64,000 nt of DNA from Raillietiella orientalis (Eukaryota): contig JAYWIR010000051.1 of assembly GCA_036172245.1 (NCBI GenBank), positions 310,001 to 374,000 of the forward strand. Reading direction: 5' to 3'. The translations under genes were made by a program, and so were the position numbers. The notes beneath the pieces are model-generated. The model made no database searches, was not told where the DNA came from, and was given only the letters and a program-made list of their open reading frames with translations. Positions 33,901 to 45,900 of this stretch are shown one piece after another; positions within the stretch are counted from its first letter, which is position 1; each line of letters opens with the position of its first letter.

Positions 33901-36900
33901 AGACTGAGGAGTCATGAGGAAGCGAAAGGACGAGACGGAACCATTACGAAGATACAGGAATTCTGGAGGTGGAAGAGGGAGCGCGTTGCACTTGGACCAT
34001 GTTCCCGTGCATCAGGGGGCATTGTGGGAGCCCGTGAGCGCAAAGAGTAGACGAGACAACTGTAGGGTGGCTTTTCTTCGAGAGCAGAAGCAGCTGTCCT
34101 GATGCGGAGCAGAGCATGCTGCAACCAGACAAAAGTTTTTCCATGAGAGCAACAAAACGATGCTTGCTGGCGACCTGAGAAAGACAGAAAGAGAGGAAAG
34201 GGGTCTGCAGTCAAACAGCAATGTGGAGGGTCAGCCAAGAACTTGTCTATGTCTTGGGGCTGAGTAGGGAGTCGTCCTGACGAGCGGAAGAGAGTGGAAT
34301 TTTTTCTTTTTCTCCCTGAGATGCTGGGAACGCAAAGAACAGGAAGGAGACGCCGGAGATCCGAGGGAACGTGGCATCCCGAGAGCTTAACGAGACTGTT
34401 CATTAATGGCATTCCGGGACTCCGATCCGATTGCTTTCCCCCAGGCGAAGACAGAAAGTTTCATGTAGCAGTTGCAGCGTAGACTGCCGCAACTGTTGAA
34501 TGAAACAAGGGTGCGGTGGGTCGAGGATCCGTGCAACAGCAAGCAGCCGTTTGCCGCACCTCCGGAAGAGCTTAGCAGTTCTACGGTGGAAGAGACCGGT
34601 GGGTGTGGCGAGCGAGGCGGAAAGAGCCATCATCGACATTCGGATTCTGCTGCCGCTCGTTTGACAGTTCTGTTCGCGTCTCCAAGCAACAAAACCGCAC
34701 CACTGGAGAACCAACGATGAGGGCAGTTGCTGCTCGTGCTGGCCTGGAAGTCTTCGGTTCCGAGCTTCTGATTTTTGATCCTCCGCCCGGCAAACGACCC
34801 GGAACCGCCTGTATGCGTCCTCGCTTTATGGTGTTTCCCGTTTCCGGAAACCTTTAAAGCAGAATGGCAGTGGTAGCAATGGCGTGCTAGCCAAGTAAAC
34901 TGGGAAGAACTGCGATTGTAGGGGCTGAAAGGAAGACAACGCAGAAATGACGGTAACCGACAAGACAAACGACAAGCGACCTAACAAACTGCTGCTGCGG
35001 AGCCTTGATCTGGCCACTCTCGGTGCGTCCGGCGAGGAATGGACAGGGAACCTGCCTCAGAAATAAAAGCGAGGAAGAAAACCATGCAAACTCGGAAACT
35101 CGTCCCGCATTCCCGATCCTATTCGAAGAAGTGATGTGTCGGAACAGAAGGGTCCGAGTTGTCCACGGGGAAGGCAACGAACGCACTCGCTACCACTCTC
35201 GAGAATGGTCCACGTGAGCCTGCGAGTCTGCCCCTCGCTCAGCTTGAGCAAAAGGACGAGGCAGGTAGACAAGGGCACTTCCCCTTTTCACAGGGAAGAA
35301 GGAGGCAATTCAGGTTGGAGCTGTTGGAGGTTCATCTACCTCGGCCGGCTTTCCCAAGGAGGGGGGGAAACTCCAGTTATTTCTGGTCTTCGTGGTGTTC
35401 GGCAAGAGCGAGTATCGTATCACCACACGATGCCTTCGTTGGAGAGGTCGACGGAAGTGGAACAAACGACCAAGAAGCGGCACCACAAGCACGTGGATGC
35501 ACGGCGGGAAGGCAAACATACAGAAGAATGAATAACTCAAGGAAGGAGTACTCGAGCTCAACATTCGGGGACGCAGCAATCGACCTTCAGCCCCACACAC
35601 AGTTTAGCGTAAGTCTTGCGGACGTCCCTCCTCACGAAGCATTCGGCTCAATGCATTGGGCAGCACAGAACATTTTTTTTTCTTTTTGTTTTTAACGGGA
35701 GGAATGCCTCCGATTGGTGGATTTCATCCATGCGGCACTACAGAGCCTGCTGCCTGTGTGGGCATCGCCCACCAGGAACGACACTACTGGCGGAAGATGA
35801 GGAAGGTGGAAGAATCGCTAGGCAGCATCCTCAGCAGATGCTTGTCATGACTACGACGATCAGGGAGATGTCAGGAACAGCTGGTAACTCAGATAGAGAG
35901 GGCTATTCTGAAAATTCGTAGCCTCCAGCCAGACTATTTCGGGGAAGGTACTCAGCGTCGAAGCCAGATCCAGTGCTTCAGGGAGAAGAGAAGGCGGTCG
36001 CGATGGACGTTGTTGTTGTTTGCTGCTATGGGTATTCCTCATCAACGGTGTTGGAAGAGCCAAGACACAGAGGAGAGAGGAGAGGAGGAAAGCGTCCTCC
36101 ACTTTGCCTACGAGGGATGCCCGCTGTTGTGAGAGATCGTGGTGGTATCTCTGTGATCCTGGCATCCGAGGAATCATGAAGCGTCGAGGGGAACCGGAAA
36201 TTCCCAAGAAGCAGATGGGAATCGTCAGAAGAGAGATGGCACGCTCGGACATACAACAAGTGTTCTCCGGGGCACATGCGCTCGAAACATGGGGTGGGGC
36301 GCAATACTTAATGGGACAGCCTCGGAAAATGGTGGAGGTCGGAAGACTGTTATACACCTTTTTTGTTTTTTGTTTAACATCTCTCAGTGACGGCTCGAAC
36401 AGATGCCTTTGCGTTGCCTCAAAACCTGGTCAGGGAGCTCATCGGTTTGGTTCTGGCATACGGGAGCGAAAGACGAGAGCGCGGCGATTCTCCTTCAGCC
36501 GCGAGGAAGAGTGGATGGATCGAGGTGCGTTTAACAGGTGTATGGGGAGGGTCACGAGAGACGGCCCGAAACGTTTCTTCGACTCTTATCGCAAGCGGGA
36601 AGCATGCAGGACGTTCAGCCAGAGGGAGGGGGAAAAACTCGGGGGCCTCCCGACGACCTTCAGCAGGGTCATTATCTTCAGCAGAAGACCAACTCGCGCA
36701 CGGACCGACTCGAAACGACGATGACCGTTGGAGGTTTCGAGCTTTGCACCTGCAGGCGGAAGCGCTGGACGAAGGCTGAGGGGCCGTTGCACCCCGAGGG
36801 GTGCCCCTGCTGGCGAGTTCGGAGAACGGGAACTTACGAGGGAGGGAAGCTGTGCGGGAGGACAGCGGTCTTGGAGGCATCGATAAGTGCGGTGCAATCA

Positions 36901-39900
36901 GCATACGAAAAGGAAATGTTCACAGAAGTACGCTGCCTAGGCAGGTGCTCTGTTATTCGGGAAGTTTGGGAGCACGGCGCGGCGTCGCAATAAAACAACA
37001 CGTTTTGACATCTTAGAATTAGGCCCGTCCGTTATGGGGCGTGAGGGGGAAGGGAAGAAAAAGTCTCATCCTCTGGTGAAAAGGGCTGCATTTTTAGCCG
37101 GGAAGTCTCCTCCTGATGCATTTCATAGTATCTTAGCAGGGTCCAGAAGTTCAATAAGGCGCGAAGGATTTGGGATGTGTTTTTTTTGCAAGGGAGAGAG
37201 GGGGAGGGGGAGAGAGGGGGGAAGGATCTGGTCATTACGTAAAGAATAAGAAGGTCTTCCTTGAAAAGATCCGCGGACGCATTTCAATGACGCGATTAGT
37301 CTTTCTGTTCTAGTTATTGATGCGCTTTCAGCAAAAAAACAGGAAGGAGGGGAGAAGTGGGGAGGGGAGAGCTTAATGGAAAGGAAATTTCGCTAAGAGC
37401 GCACGCCGAGCTTCCAGCATTCGGATAAACAGGTTGCGCCCCTGTGGAAAGGAGGTCTGGGAAATGCCGCCTCTTCTCTTGGGGCTTGGCCATCGGGATT
37501 TCTCGCCTCGCGTGCTGCAGGGAGACGAAGGGTTGGTCCCCGGTGGGGAGCCGATGGCAGCAGCACTGGGAGGCCTGCCTCTCCCTGCTCTGCCCTTCAA
37601 AGCAGGCAAGGGCCTCGTCTTCTTCGGGGTCTCCTCCACGTCGCCGGACGCGCTTCCGCGTAGGCCTGCTGTCGAAGTGCACGCTGGGCGAGATTGAGGG
37701 ACACTGCCGCGTGCGGCCACTCTCCGAGGACGCCCTCGATGGACCCGACCAACAGCAGTTTCCTGATATCTCTCAGGAATTTTTTTTCACCCCGAGATCA
37801 GACCGGTAATTCTGCTTGTTTTCCCCGACTCTTTTGAGTGCCATTGGCCGTTCTTGAGGCGGTGGTGGTGGTCCGCGCAGATGAATTTTTCGCGTGGATA
37901 GAAATTCCTCAGGAGGTGACGCAGTCCGGCTCGGGTTCCGTTCAGAGAAGTTGGAGATTTCGGAAAGGAGAGGCAGCATCTGACCTTTGGTCCTCAGGTC
38001 CCGGGGCAGCCTGGAGTCGCGCGCAAGGGGGAGGCGTCGCCGGGTTTCCGTCGATGGGATCGGAAGCTTCCATCTTGTCGTTGCGCACCGCCTCCCCTGA
38101 CGCGTTTGGGGCACGAAGGTGCGCGTGGTGTTCGGGGAGACGAGGTTTTCCCGCCGAAAGCGACGCGCTTCTTCAGCGATGGGCTTTTACCCACGCTGCG
38201 GGAATTCGTCGGTCCCAGTGGCAGCGCGTAGGACAACCAGGGAACATCGGGAGAGTGCGCATCTGCGTAGCGCTCCCGAGACCCTCATCCCTTACAGCAG
38301 CAGCACGGGAAAGATCCCGAGCTGAGGACAGGCCGGCTCCTGTCTCCACGGCAGCGTGCCACCTGCCGAGATTTGCTCTTCGTCCTCGTTGGACTCCCCA
38401 GGGATCCTCTCCGGCAAGATCCCGAGATGTCTCAACGATCCAAGCTGCGCTCGCATACCCGGCGGTTGAGTCTGGGAGTCCCCGGATGACCTTGCGGGGA
38501 AAGGCATCCGCCGCCAGCTGCAGATAAGGACCGTCCCGAGTCCGAACGCATCCGGGTTGGCCCCTCCCCTTCGCGGATCCCTGCCGCCTCCTCCTCTGTT
38601 CCATCTCCGGAAGCGAGATTCCTGGATAAGCGCTCGAAACGGTCGTCCGTTCGCCTCCCGATTAAAAATCATCACGGAGAGCAGCTCGTGCATCCGCGAT
38701 GATTCGCGCCTTAATGTGCGCCCGGCTTGCAAATGATCTAGAATTTTCGTCCCCTCGGCGTCGTTCCGTTCCCTCCCTCATTCGCATTCAGGCGATAGGG
38801 CCGCGCCGCCCTCTCCGCGCGCTCTTCCCCGGCAGCGGAGGCCTCAGACCTGGTTCCTCCCCGGCCGAAAGGTACCCTCGGTCTGTGGGGAACCCCGGAA
38901 ACGGGAGAGTACGGGTCACGCATCCCTGGAGCCGGGGGTCGCGCGGGAGCCGCTCGCCAGTGTGGGACCTGCTCAGCGACAGCGCGTTGTCGTTGTCACA
39001 GCAGCTTCCCGCCCGATCCTCTAGAAGGACGATCGCCCCGACGTTCCTCGGAGTTTATCCCACGCTCTCGGCTCAGGAACGGGGGAGAGCTGTTGCAGGC
39101 AAAGGGAGGCGGTGCTCTAGAAACGCCCCGGCATCCAGGACGCGGTCTTCTTCCCGGGTGAAACCAACCCGGGTTCGGCCTGATTAATCCAAAGGATGCG
39201 GTGAGGCGGCGCTGCATCTTCGAAGGAGTCACCGACTTTCCTAGTATATCGGGGCAATGCGCAGGTACCGCAAATCGTGGGAACCACACCCTCGAGCCGG
39301 TGAGGAGCTCTTCCTCCCTGTCGGATCCACCCGGAAGGTGGACCCGGCAGGAAAGTGGTCAATCGCGAAAGGGGCGAGCGGCATGGCACGGTTCAGCGTA
39401 CGGCGGCGGAGCTAAGGTGGCGCTCTGTGCAACCACCGGAGAGGGTGCAGCGCGTCGCCCTTGCTCTGCTCCCGGCGCGCTTCAATGGTTTGGCCGCGCG
39501 CCTGAACGCTGCGGCTCCGCAGTCGCTGCCGTGATTGGCCGCAATGGTTTCTCCCTCGCACTCCCATCTTACCCTTGTTCTTTGTCTTCACCCGGTCACG
39601 CCGAAGCGTTTGTTGTAAAAAAAAAAAGAAAACATAGTCACATAAAATATTAGAAAATATCTTTCTCCGAGGTGGCTTCACAGCAGCATCACTACGAAGG
39701 GAAACGACTCGGAGGCGCTGGGGGTGGGAGGAGGGGAAAGGGTAAACGGAAACAACAACAACAAAAAAACACGAAATTTCAGTTTAAGAAAATGTGGGAG
39801 TGGGAGGTCACAGGTTTCTTCCTGACATCCTCAGCATCCTCTGGAGGACGTTGGCAACTTCCTCTTCTTTTTGTTAGCAGAGATGTGGCCATCTTGTTGC

Positions 39901-42900
39901 CTCCCCCACGAAGGAGCAGATGATTGGGATGACCTCTCATCGTTGGACTGACTGCTCTTGTTCTCTTGAGGAAGTGGAGTGGGAGAGGCTGCCGGGGCAT
40001 TTTGGTTTTGGGGTGCACCAGGGAACAGCAGTCCAGGAGACCCGTGTTTGCAAGAAGAGGACGCTTGCGCGCGAGTGGGTTGTCTCGAGAGATTTTCTTC
40101 CCGTGCGGCTAAAGAAGGGTGTGGGCACCTCGAGGGAGGAGGAGCCGGAGACCGCACTGCCAGGAGGTGTCGACCTCTGCCGGGTTGGATCGCGCCCCCA
40201 GGCTTGCGGTTTCATCGGATGGCGCGGGTTGCTGCACGATGATTGTGAAGGAGGGGGGCTGCCGCAGCTGCTTCGCTGGTTTTGTTTTAAGCGGAGGTTT
40301 TGCGGGCACGTAACTTTCCACCCACCCAACTCCACCCTTTCCCCTTTCCTCTCCACTCCTTTGCGGACGAGGAGGCGCGAGAGTCCCGTTTTAGCGTCCC
40401 GCAGGAGCATGGGCGGCTCCCAGCGCCGCTGAGAAGCTTCGCGATCCGCGCCTTCCTGGAATTGGCGGTTGACATCCGGTCAAGCCAGGGCGTTTGTTTA
40501 TTAAAAAATAAAACTTTGAACGTCAGCGGCAAGCTGCGTGATCCTGCCACGTTACAGATGGTACAAAAAGAAACCTGCTGAGAAGCGCGCAAGCCGATGA
40601 GGTTCGACACGGTGGCACCGGGAAAGGGGGGACAAGCAAAAAGAAAACAAAACACATGCAGTCAACAAATGGGAGGTTTGGGAAGGGATCACTATGTGTC
40701 GGAGGGTGTCCTCTGCATCCTTGTAAGGATGCCGGCAGGTTCCTGTTTTACGACCCCCAGATGGGGCCATCTTGACGCTGTCCTCATGAAGAGGACGACA
40801 GAATAGATGGTGTACCTGTCATCCTGGCCTCCTCTGGTGTAGCTCCATGCAGCCATGCTCCTGCTGTGTAGGCAGCAAAGTGCTGCTAGGATGCGGCCGG
40901 CGTGAGGGCGTCGCGCAGGAAGAGGAACTTTAAAACTTCCCTGAAGCTGCCTTCGGGGATCCGCAGGATGAAGAGAAACGTTCTCACATGGGGAGGAGGG
41001 CAACATAATCCATGAGCAGGTGCGGGAGAGTCCCTTTCGCCGCATCTGCTGCAGTTGGGGCTCGCACCTCCTCGGGTCCAATGGTGTCGACCCCCGTGCG
41101 ACAGCAGAGTCTCCAACCCCTACCACTTTAGGGAGAGGGTAGCACTGCCCCAACACGCTGGGGGCCACTTCACCTCTTCCGGAGGAATTTGTAGCAGCCA
41201 TCCCCAGCGTAGCAGTCAGGGACACTCGGGGTCGTGGTGTCCACCAGCTCCCGAGTTGCACGCACTCAGATGTTTTTGCCTGCTCTCTATGACGCAGGTC
41301 ACTTCCCATCTCGCTGGCAGTTGGCTGTCCACTGCTCCCCTTAGGGAGGGCAGCACTGAAGTGAAGGGTAAACAAAGCCCACAGCAGATTCCTGGTGTTC
41401 CCCAGGATCTCCTTCAGCGACTGGCGAGCGTATCTGCTGTGCCGTAGGCAGATGAACTCTGCCTCGCCAGTGCCGTTGATTCTTCCCCATGAGGGAACGG
41501 GACTCCTACAGTCAGTCCGTTCAGTTAGCGGGGAGAACGGAGATCCAGGGGTTCTTCTGCACAAACGCAACCATGTGTCGGACCTGAGAACCGAGATGGC
41601 CCAGACTCCGCTCGGTGGCCACGACGACCAAGCTCAGTCCTTCGCATCTGGCTGCCTGTTTGACGAGGATTCTTTTCGGAGAGCAACAAGGAGTATTCCA
41701 GAGCTTGGACTCAAGGGCGAGTCCGCGCAACTGGAGCTGTCGCTTCATTCGTTCCAACGTAAGGAGGCCCAGTCCATCATCCCTACGCGGAGAACAGAGG
41801 TCTTTTAAACATACTCTGAACCTTTTCTTGCCCCACGGGGCTTTTCTGAGGAGGTCCTCGGCCCTTTTTTGAATTACCGCGAAGACGGAGCAAGCAAAAA
41901 AACAAGGGGCGGAGGAGAGGAGCGGCGAATGCGTTCCACACCGCGGCCCGTGGAGGTGGTGGTGGTGGTTCTCTGCCAGCACCGCTGCTGCTCCTTCTCC
42001 AGGGACGAAGGCGAAGGGAGGGGGTGGTAAGCAACAGGAACATCCCCCTTGGCCACGCGCTTCCTCGCCGCACACTGGGCCGTGCCTGGCAGGCAGCAAT
42101 AAAGGGGGAGAGGGTGGCGCTACTCGACATGCAAGGACATGTTTCCCTGCGGCGGAGCAGCTCCATTGGCTCCGCAGGCATCGATGAGGAAGAGGTCGTT
42201 CCAGATCGAGCTGCGCTAAGCAGAGCGGTTCGCCTTTCCACCCAGCCCTCCCCCCCTGGTGGTCTATCGAAGCATCTCGGACCAGGGAGTCCGAGCAGCT
42301 CCATCCCCGATGCGTAGGTGAGGAGTGGAGGGCGGTATCCTCGGCTAGCGATGAGTGCAGAGTGCTGCGCGTGTCTCGCGTAGGCAACCTCTGCGCAGCG
42401 ATCTGGGACGTCTTCCCTTAAGCGAGAACTTTTCCAAGAAGGATCGGAAGGAGGTCAAGAGGGAGACAGAGGAAAGAAAAAAAAAAGTCTGTTGGATCTA
42501 GTGCCTATCTTTGCGGTGCAGGCGGCAAAACAATCGACAGCTGCCCGAGTCGACTGAACGGGTTGGAATGGGTCAGCGGCTGCCGCGCAGCCCGAGCTCG
42601 ACCTCTCCCGGCTCGCCCTCGGCTGGCCTTCGCGGGTCTCTCCGTCACCCCTCTTCCCGGAACTTGACTCCCTCCTGCTTTCCCCGCAAAGGGCCGCCGC
42701 TGGTCACCAGCAGAGGCCGGCCTCTTCCACGACCCCGCAGCGGGCCCGGACGGTGACGCGCGTCCTCTTCTCTCACGGAGAAGGGAAGCGAGAAGGCAAG
42801 GGGGGAGGGAAAGGGGGGGAGGCAGATCTCCCGTTTCCGGGAGACACGTCGGGGAAGTTTCGTGTTTGCGCGTTCGCTGCGGGATTTGACTTGGATGACG

Positions 42901-45900
42901 GAGAAATCCCGTTTGAATGCCAATAAATAAAACAGATGAGTGCGTCCTCCCTCTGCAGTGCGTCCGGGGGTTGCTCGGAGACGCGGAGCACGTCCTCGTC
43001 TCGCGGGCAGCGCGCGCGCGGCGGCCGGGGCGGCAAAGACCTGCGGAGGGGGTGCCATAAAGCGCTTCCGGGAGCATTCGCAGGAGCACAATGATTGCCT
43101 CGAGAGCTCGGGAGGACCGAGTCGCGTCGCCGAGAGCGTCCCCATGGTAATCCGCAGGTGCCGGTCGTCGTCCGCGGCGGCGTCTATCCCGTGATTCGTC
43201 TCCCTGGCGCCGTTCCAAAAGCAGCGGCGGCACGGAGAGCCTGCAAGTGGCCGGATCCCTTCTTTCCTCCCTCTCTCCACAAGGGAAGAGGGAAGAAGAA
43301 CGTCCGGTTTCTGCGTGCCGAATCTTCCTGGGACAAGGGAGGGTCCAGGAGGGCGAATGCGCACGTCTCCCCCCCCCCCATATCCTCCCCGGGCTGGAAA
43401 CCTTTAGTCCCCCTCGGAAGCCCTCATTCGTCCTTTCTCAGGCTCCTCCTCTTCGCGCCCGGGCGGGCCCTTCCCGATCAGCCCGGCGGGCGATCGTGCT
43501 GCTGGGGGTCCCCACCTCCTCCTGTCCAGGAGCGGAGGTCCCCCCCATGCGAAGAGACATGAGGGAGGAGCGCGGGCGGCGGCGACCACGGGAGGGGTTG
43601 CGTCCACTTCCACAAGGGGCACCCCCAGCAAGGGACCCCACGAGCCTTGCCTGCGGCGGCGGGGCCATCTCTCCGCCCTGCGCGCTCCCACATCGCAGAC
43701 AGTGCCAATTTGGGTCGTAGATTGATGATGCGACCACGCTCTGCTCTAATTGGCTCTGCCCCGGCGGCGGGTAAGGAGTTCTTCGGGGGAAGAGGGAGGA
43801 AGGAGACAGCGGGTTTCCTGCCGGAGCGCCTCCTCCTTCCCACGGGCGGAGGGGGGACGCTCCGCTCAGGAACGTCCCATGAAATATTCAGCGGCTAGAA
43901 CCATGAGGGATCTGAGGAGGAGAAGGGAAGTGAAGGCACGGCAACCCCCCGCGCTCCCGGAGCCGGCGGCGCGGCGTGCCGGGGAAGCGCGAGAAAGGGG
44001 GCGGGGAGGGGAGAATTTCGGGACGAGGGAAGCGTCCTTCCTATCGGCAGGCGGGCTCTGCGGAAGAGCAATGAGCAAGCGCACGGAGTGGGGAGCCAGG
44101 GAGGAGGAGGAGGTAGAACTGCGGGTGCCACGCCGGGCGGTCGCCCTCCGAGACGTCCAGGAATTCCTGCCCGTGGTCCCCTCCCCTTCCGCCTCCGGGT
44201 CCGTTGCTGAGCAACGAGAGACGGGGAGGGAAGGGGAAAAGGGGAAGACCATCGCTTCCTCCTTCCTTTCCCAGGGTCCTCCCTCTTCCTCTTGGAACCT
44301 TCCGAGGCGGCAGTCCTTTCCAGGCACGCCCCCAGCCAGCTCCCCCTTTCCCTCTACTCCCGCGCCTTTCCTGCTCTCCCCTCTAGGGTGCAGCCGACAT
44401 CGAGAGAGAGGCACTGTCTCCCGCCACGGGGAGGGAGGAAGGTGACCTGCGACAAGGAGGTCGGGGGGAGGAGCAACGTTTTGCGTAGGTCACTCCCTCC
44501 TCTTCCGCCGAGGGTCCGTCCAAGGGAGATTCTCCCTCCCCTGCCCCTGGAGGTCGCCTTGCCCGCTAGAGAGGCCCTTCGGGAAGCCCTCTCTCTCTCA
44601 TCTCGCCACGGGGCAGATCCAGTTCCACCCCCAAAAGATACGCCTTCCGTCCCGGGATCCGAGGGAGGGAGACCCTTTGTGAAGAAGGCCCCCCGATTTT
44701 CTCACCGGGGCAGTAGGAAGGGAAGCGCCGACGGCCGAGCAGCTCCGGGCCGCGAGCGCGAGCAACCTCCTCCTCCCTGATGCCGGCTCTCTTTTCCCTG
44801 CAAAGGGGCCTTCGGTCCGAGAGGTCGTGCTGGGGTTTTCCAGGAGCCCCTGACCCTCGGCGCGTGCAGCGGCGACGGTTGCACTGCCGGTAGCAGAAGG
44901 CACAATCGGAAACCGCGCGTCTCTCATGAGAGGCGTCAGCCCGTCCCCCCTCCCCCAATGCCGAATCTTGTGAGCGCCCCGGTGGCACATGCATCCCCCA
45001 GACTGATGGGGAGAGAGGGAGGGGGCTGAGGATAAATGGTTGCACGAGTCCGTCCCAGACCGCTGTTGCTGTCCATTCACCTAGGCACCTCTGCTTTTCA
45101 GATGGCTGCGCATCCGCCGTCAGCTGGGACAAGTGGTGGACCTACGATGGTATCTCAGGTAGGACTCCTCCTCCTCCCTCGCCTTTGGGACCCCAGGAGG
45201 ACGGTCGGCGCCTCTGTCCGCGAACCTCCCGCGGACGGCACGTCGTACCGAGCTCTCGGAGGAAGGAGCGCTCCCGGTAAACCTTTGATAGCCTCGGAGT
45301 GCGAGGAGGGAGGAAAGGGCTCGAGGCTGTGGCTCGCCGCCTCTGTCGGCTCTCCCTCCCTTCCTGCTTCCTTCCGCCCGAAAAAGGTTTTCCCGGACGA
45401 GCTTCGCGGACGCGCCTGCGGTGCGTCTCAGCTGAGCCTCCGCCACGATTCCGGTTCGTTGAACCCTCCTCTCGACTCGCGCCCGTCGTCGCCTTGGCGA
45501 AGAGGCTGAGGTCAGGACCACCGGTCCGGAGGGGGACCGCAAACAGGTCCCTCTGCTCTCTCGGCACTCGGGGGCAACGGGAGGCGGAGGAAACTTGCTC
45601 CCCTCCGGAGCAGACAAGACTTTCCCCCTTCTTCTCCCCCTATCCTCTCTTCGGACGAGAGCTGGACCGCAGGAAGAGGGGGTGAATCCCTCTTGAGGAA
45701 CAGGGATAGAGGGAGATCTCTTTGCCATGCAGGACCGTCGTACTGGGGGCTCATCAACCCCGATTGGTACCTTTGCAGCAAGGGACGGCGTCAGTCACCC
45801 ATCAACATCGAACCAAGCGGCCTGCTGTTCGACCCCAATCTGGGGCACCTACACGTGGACAAGCACCAGGTGAAGCCTCGGGGTGGAAGAGAAGGAGGGG

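Noticed and set aside
39440..39550. CCAAT/GC-rich promoter-like patch
   Set aside because: Short motifs are expected by chance and no linked exon was found.
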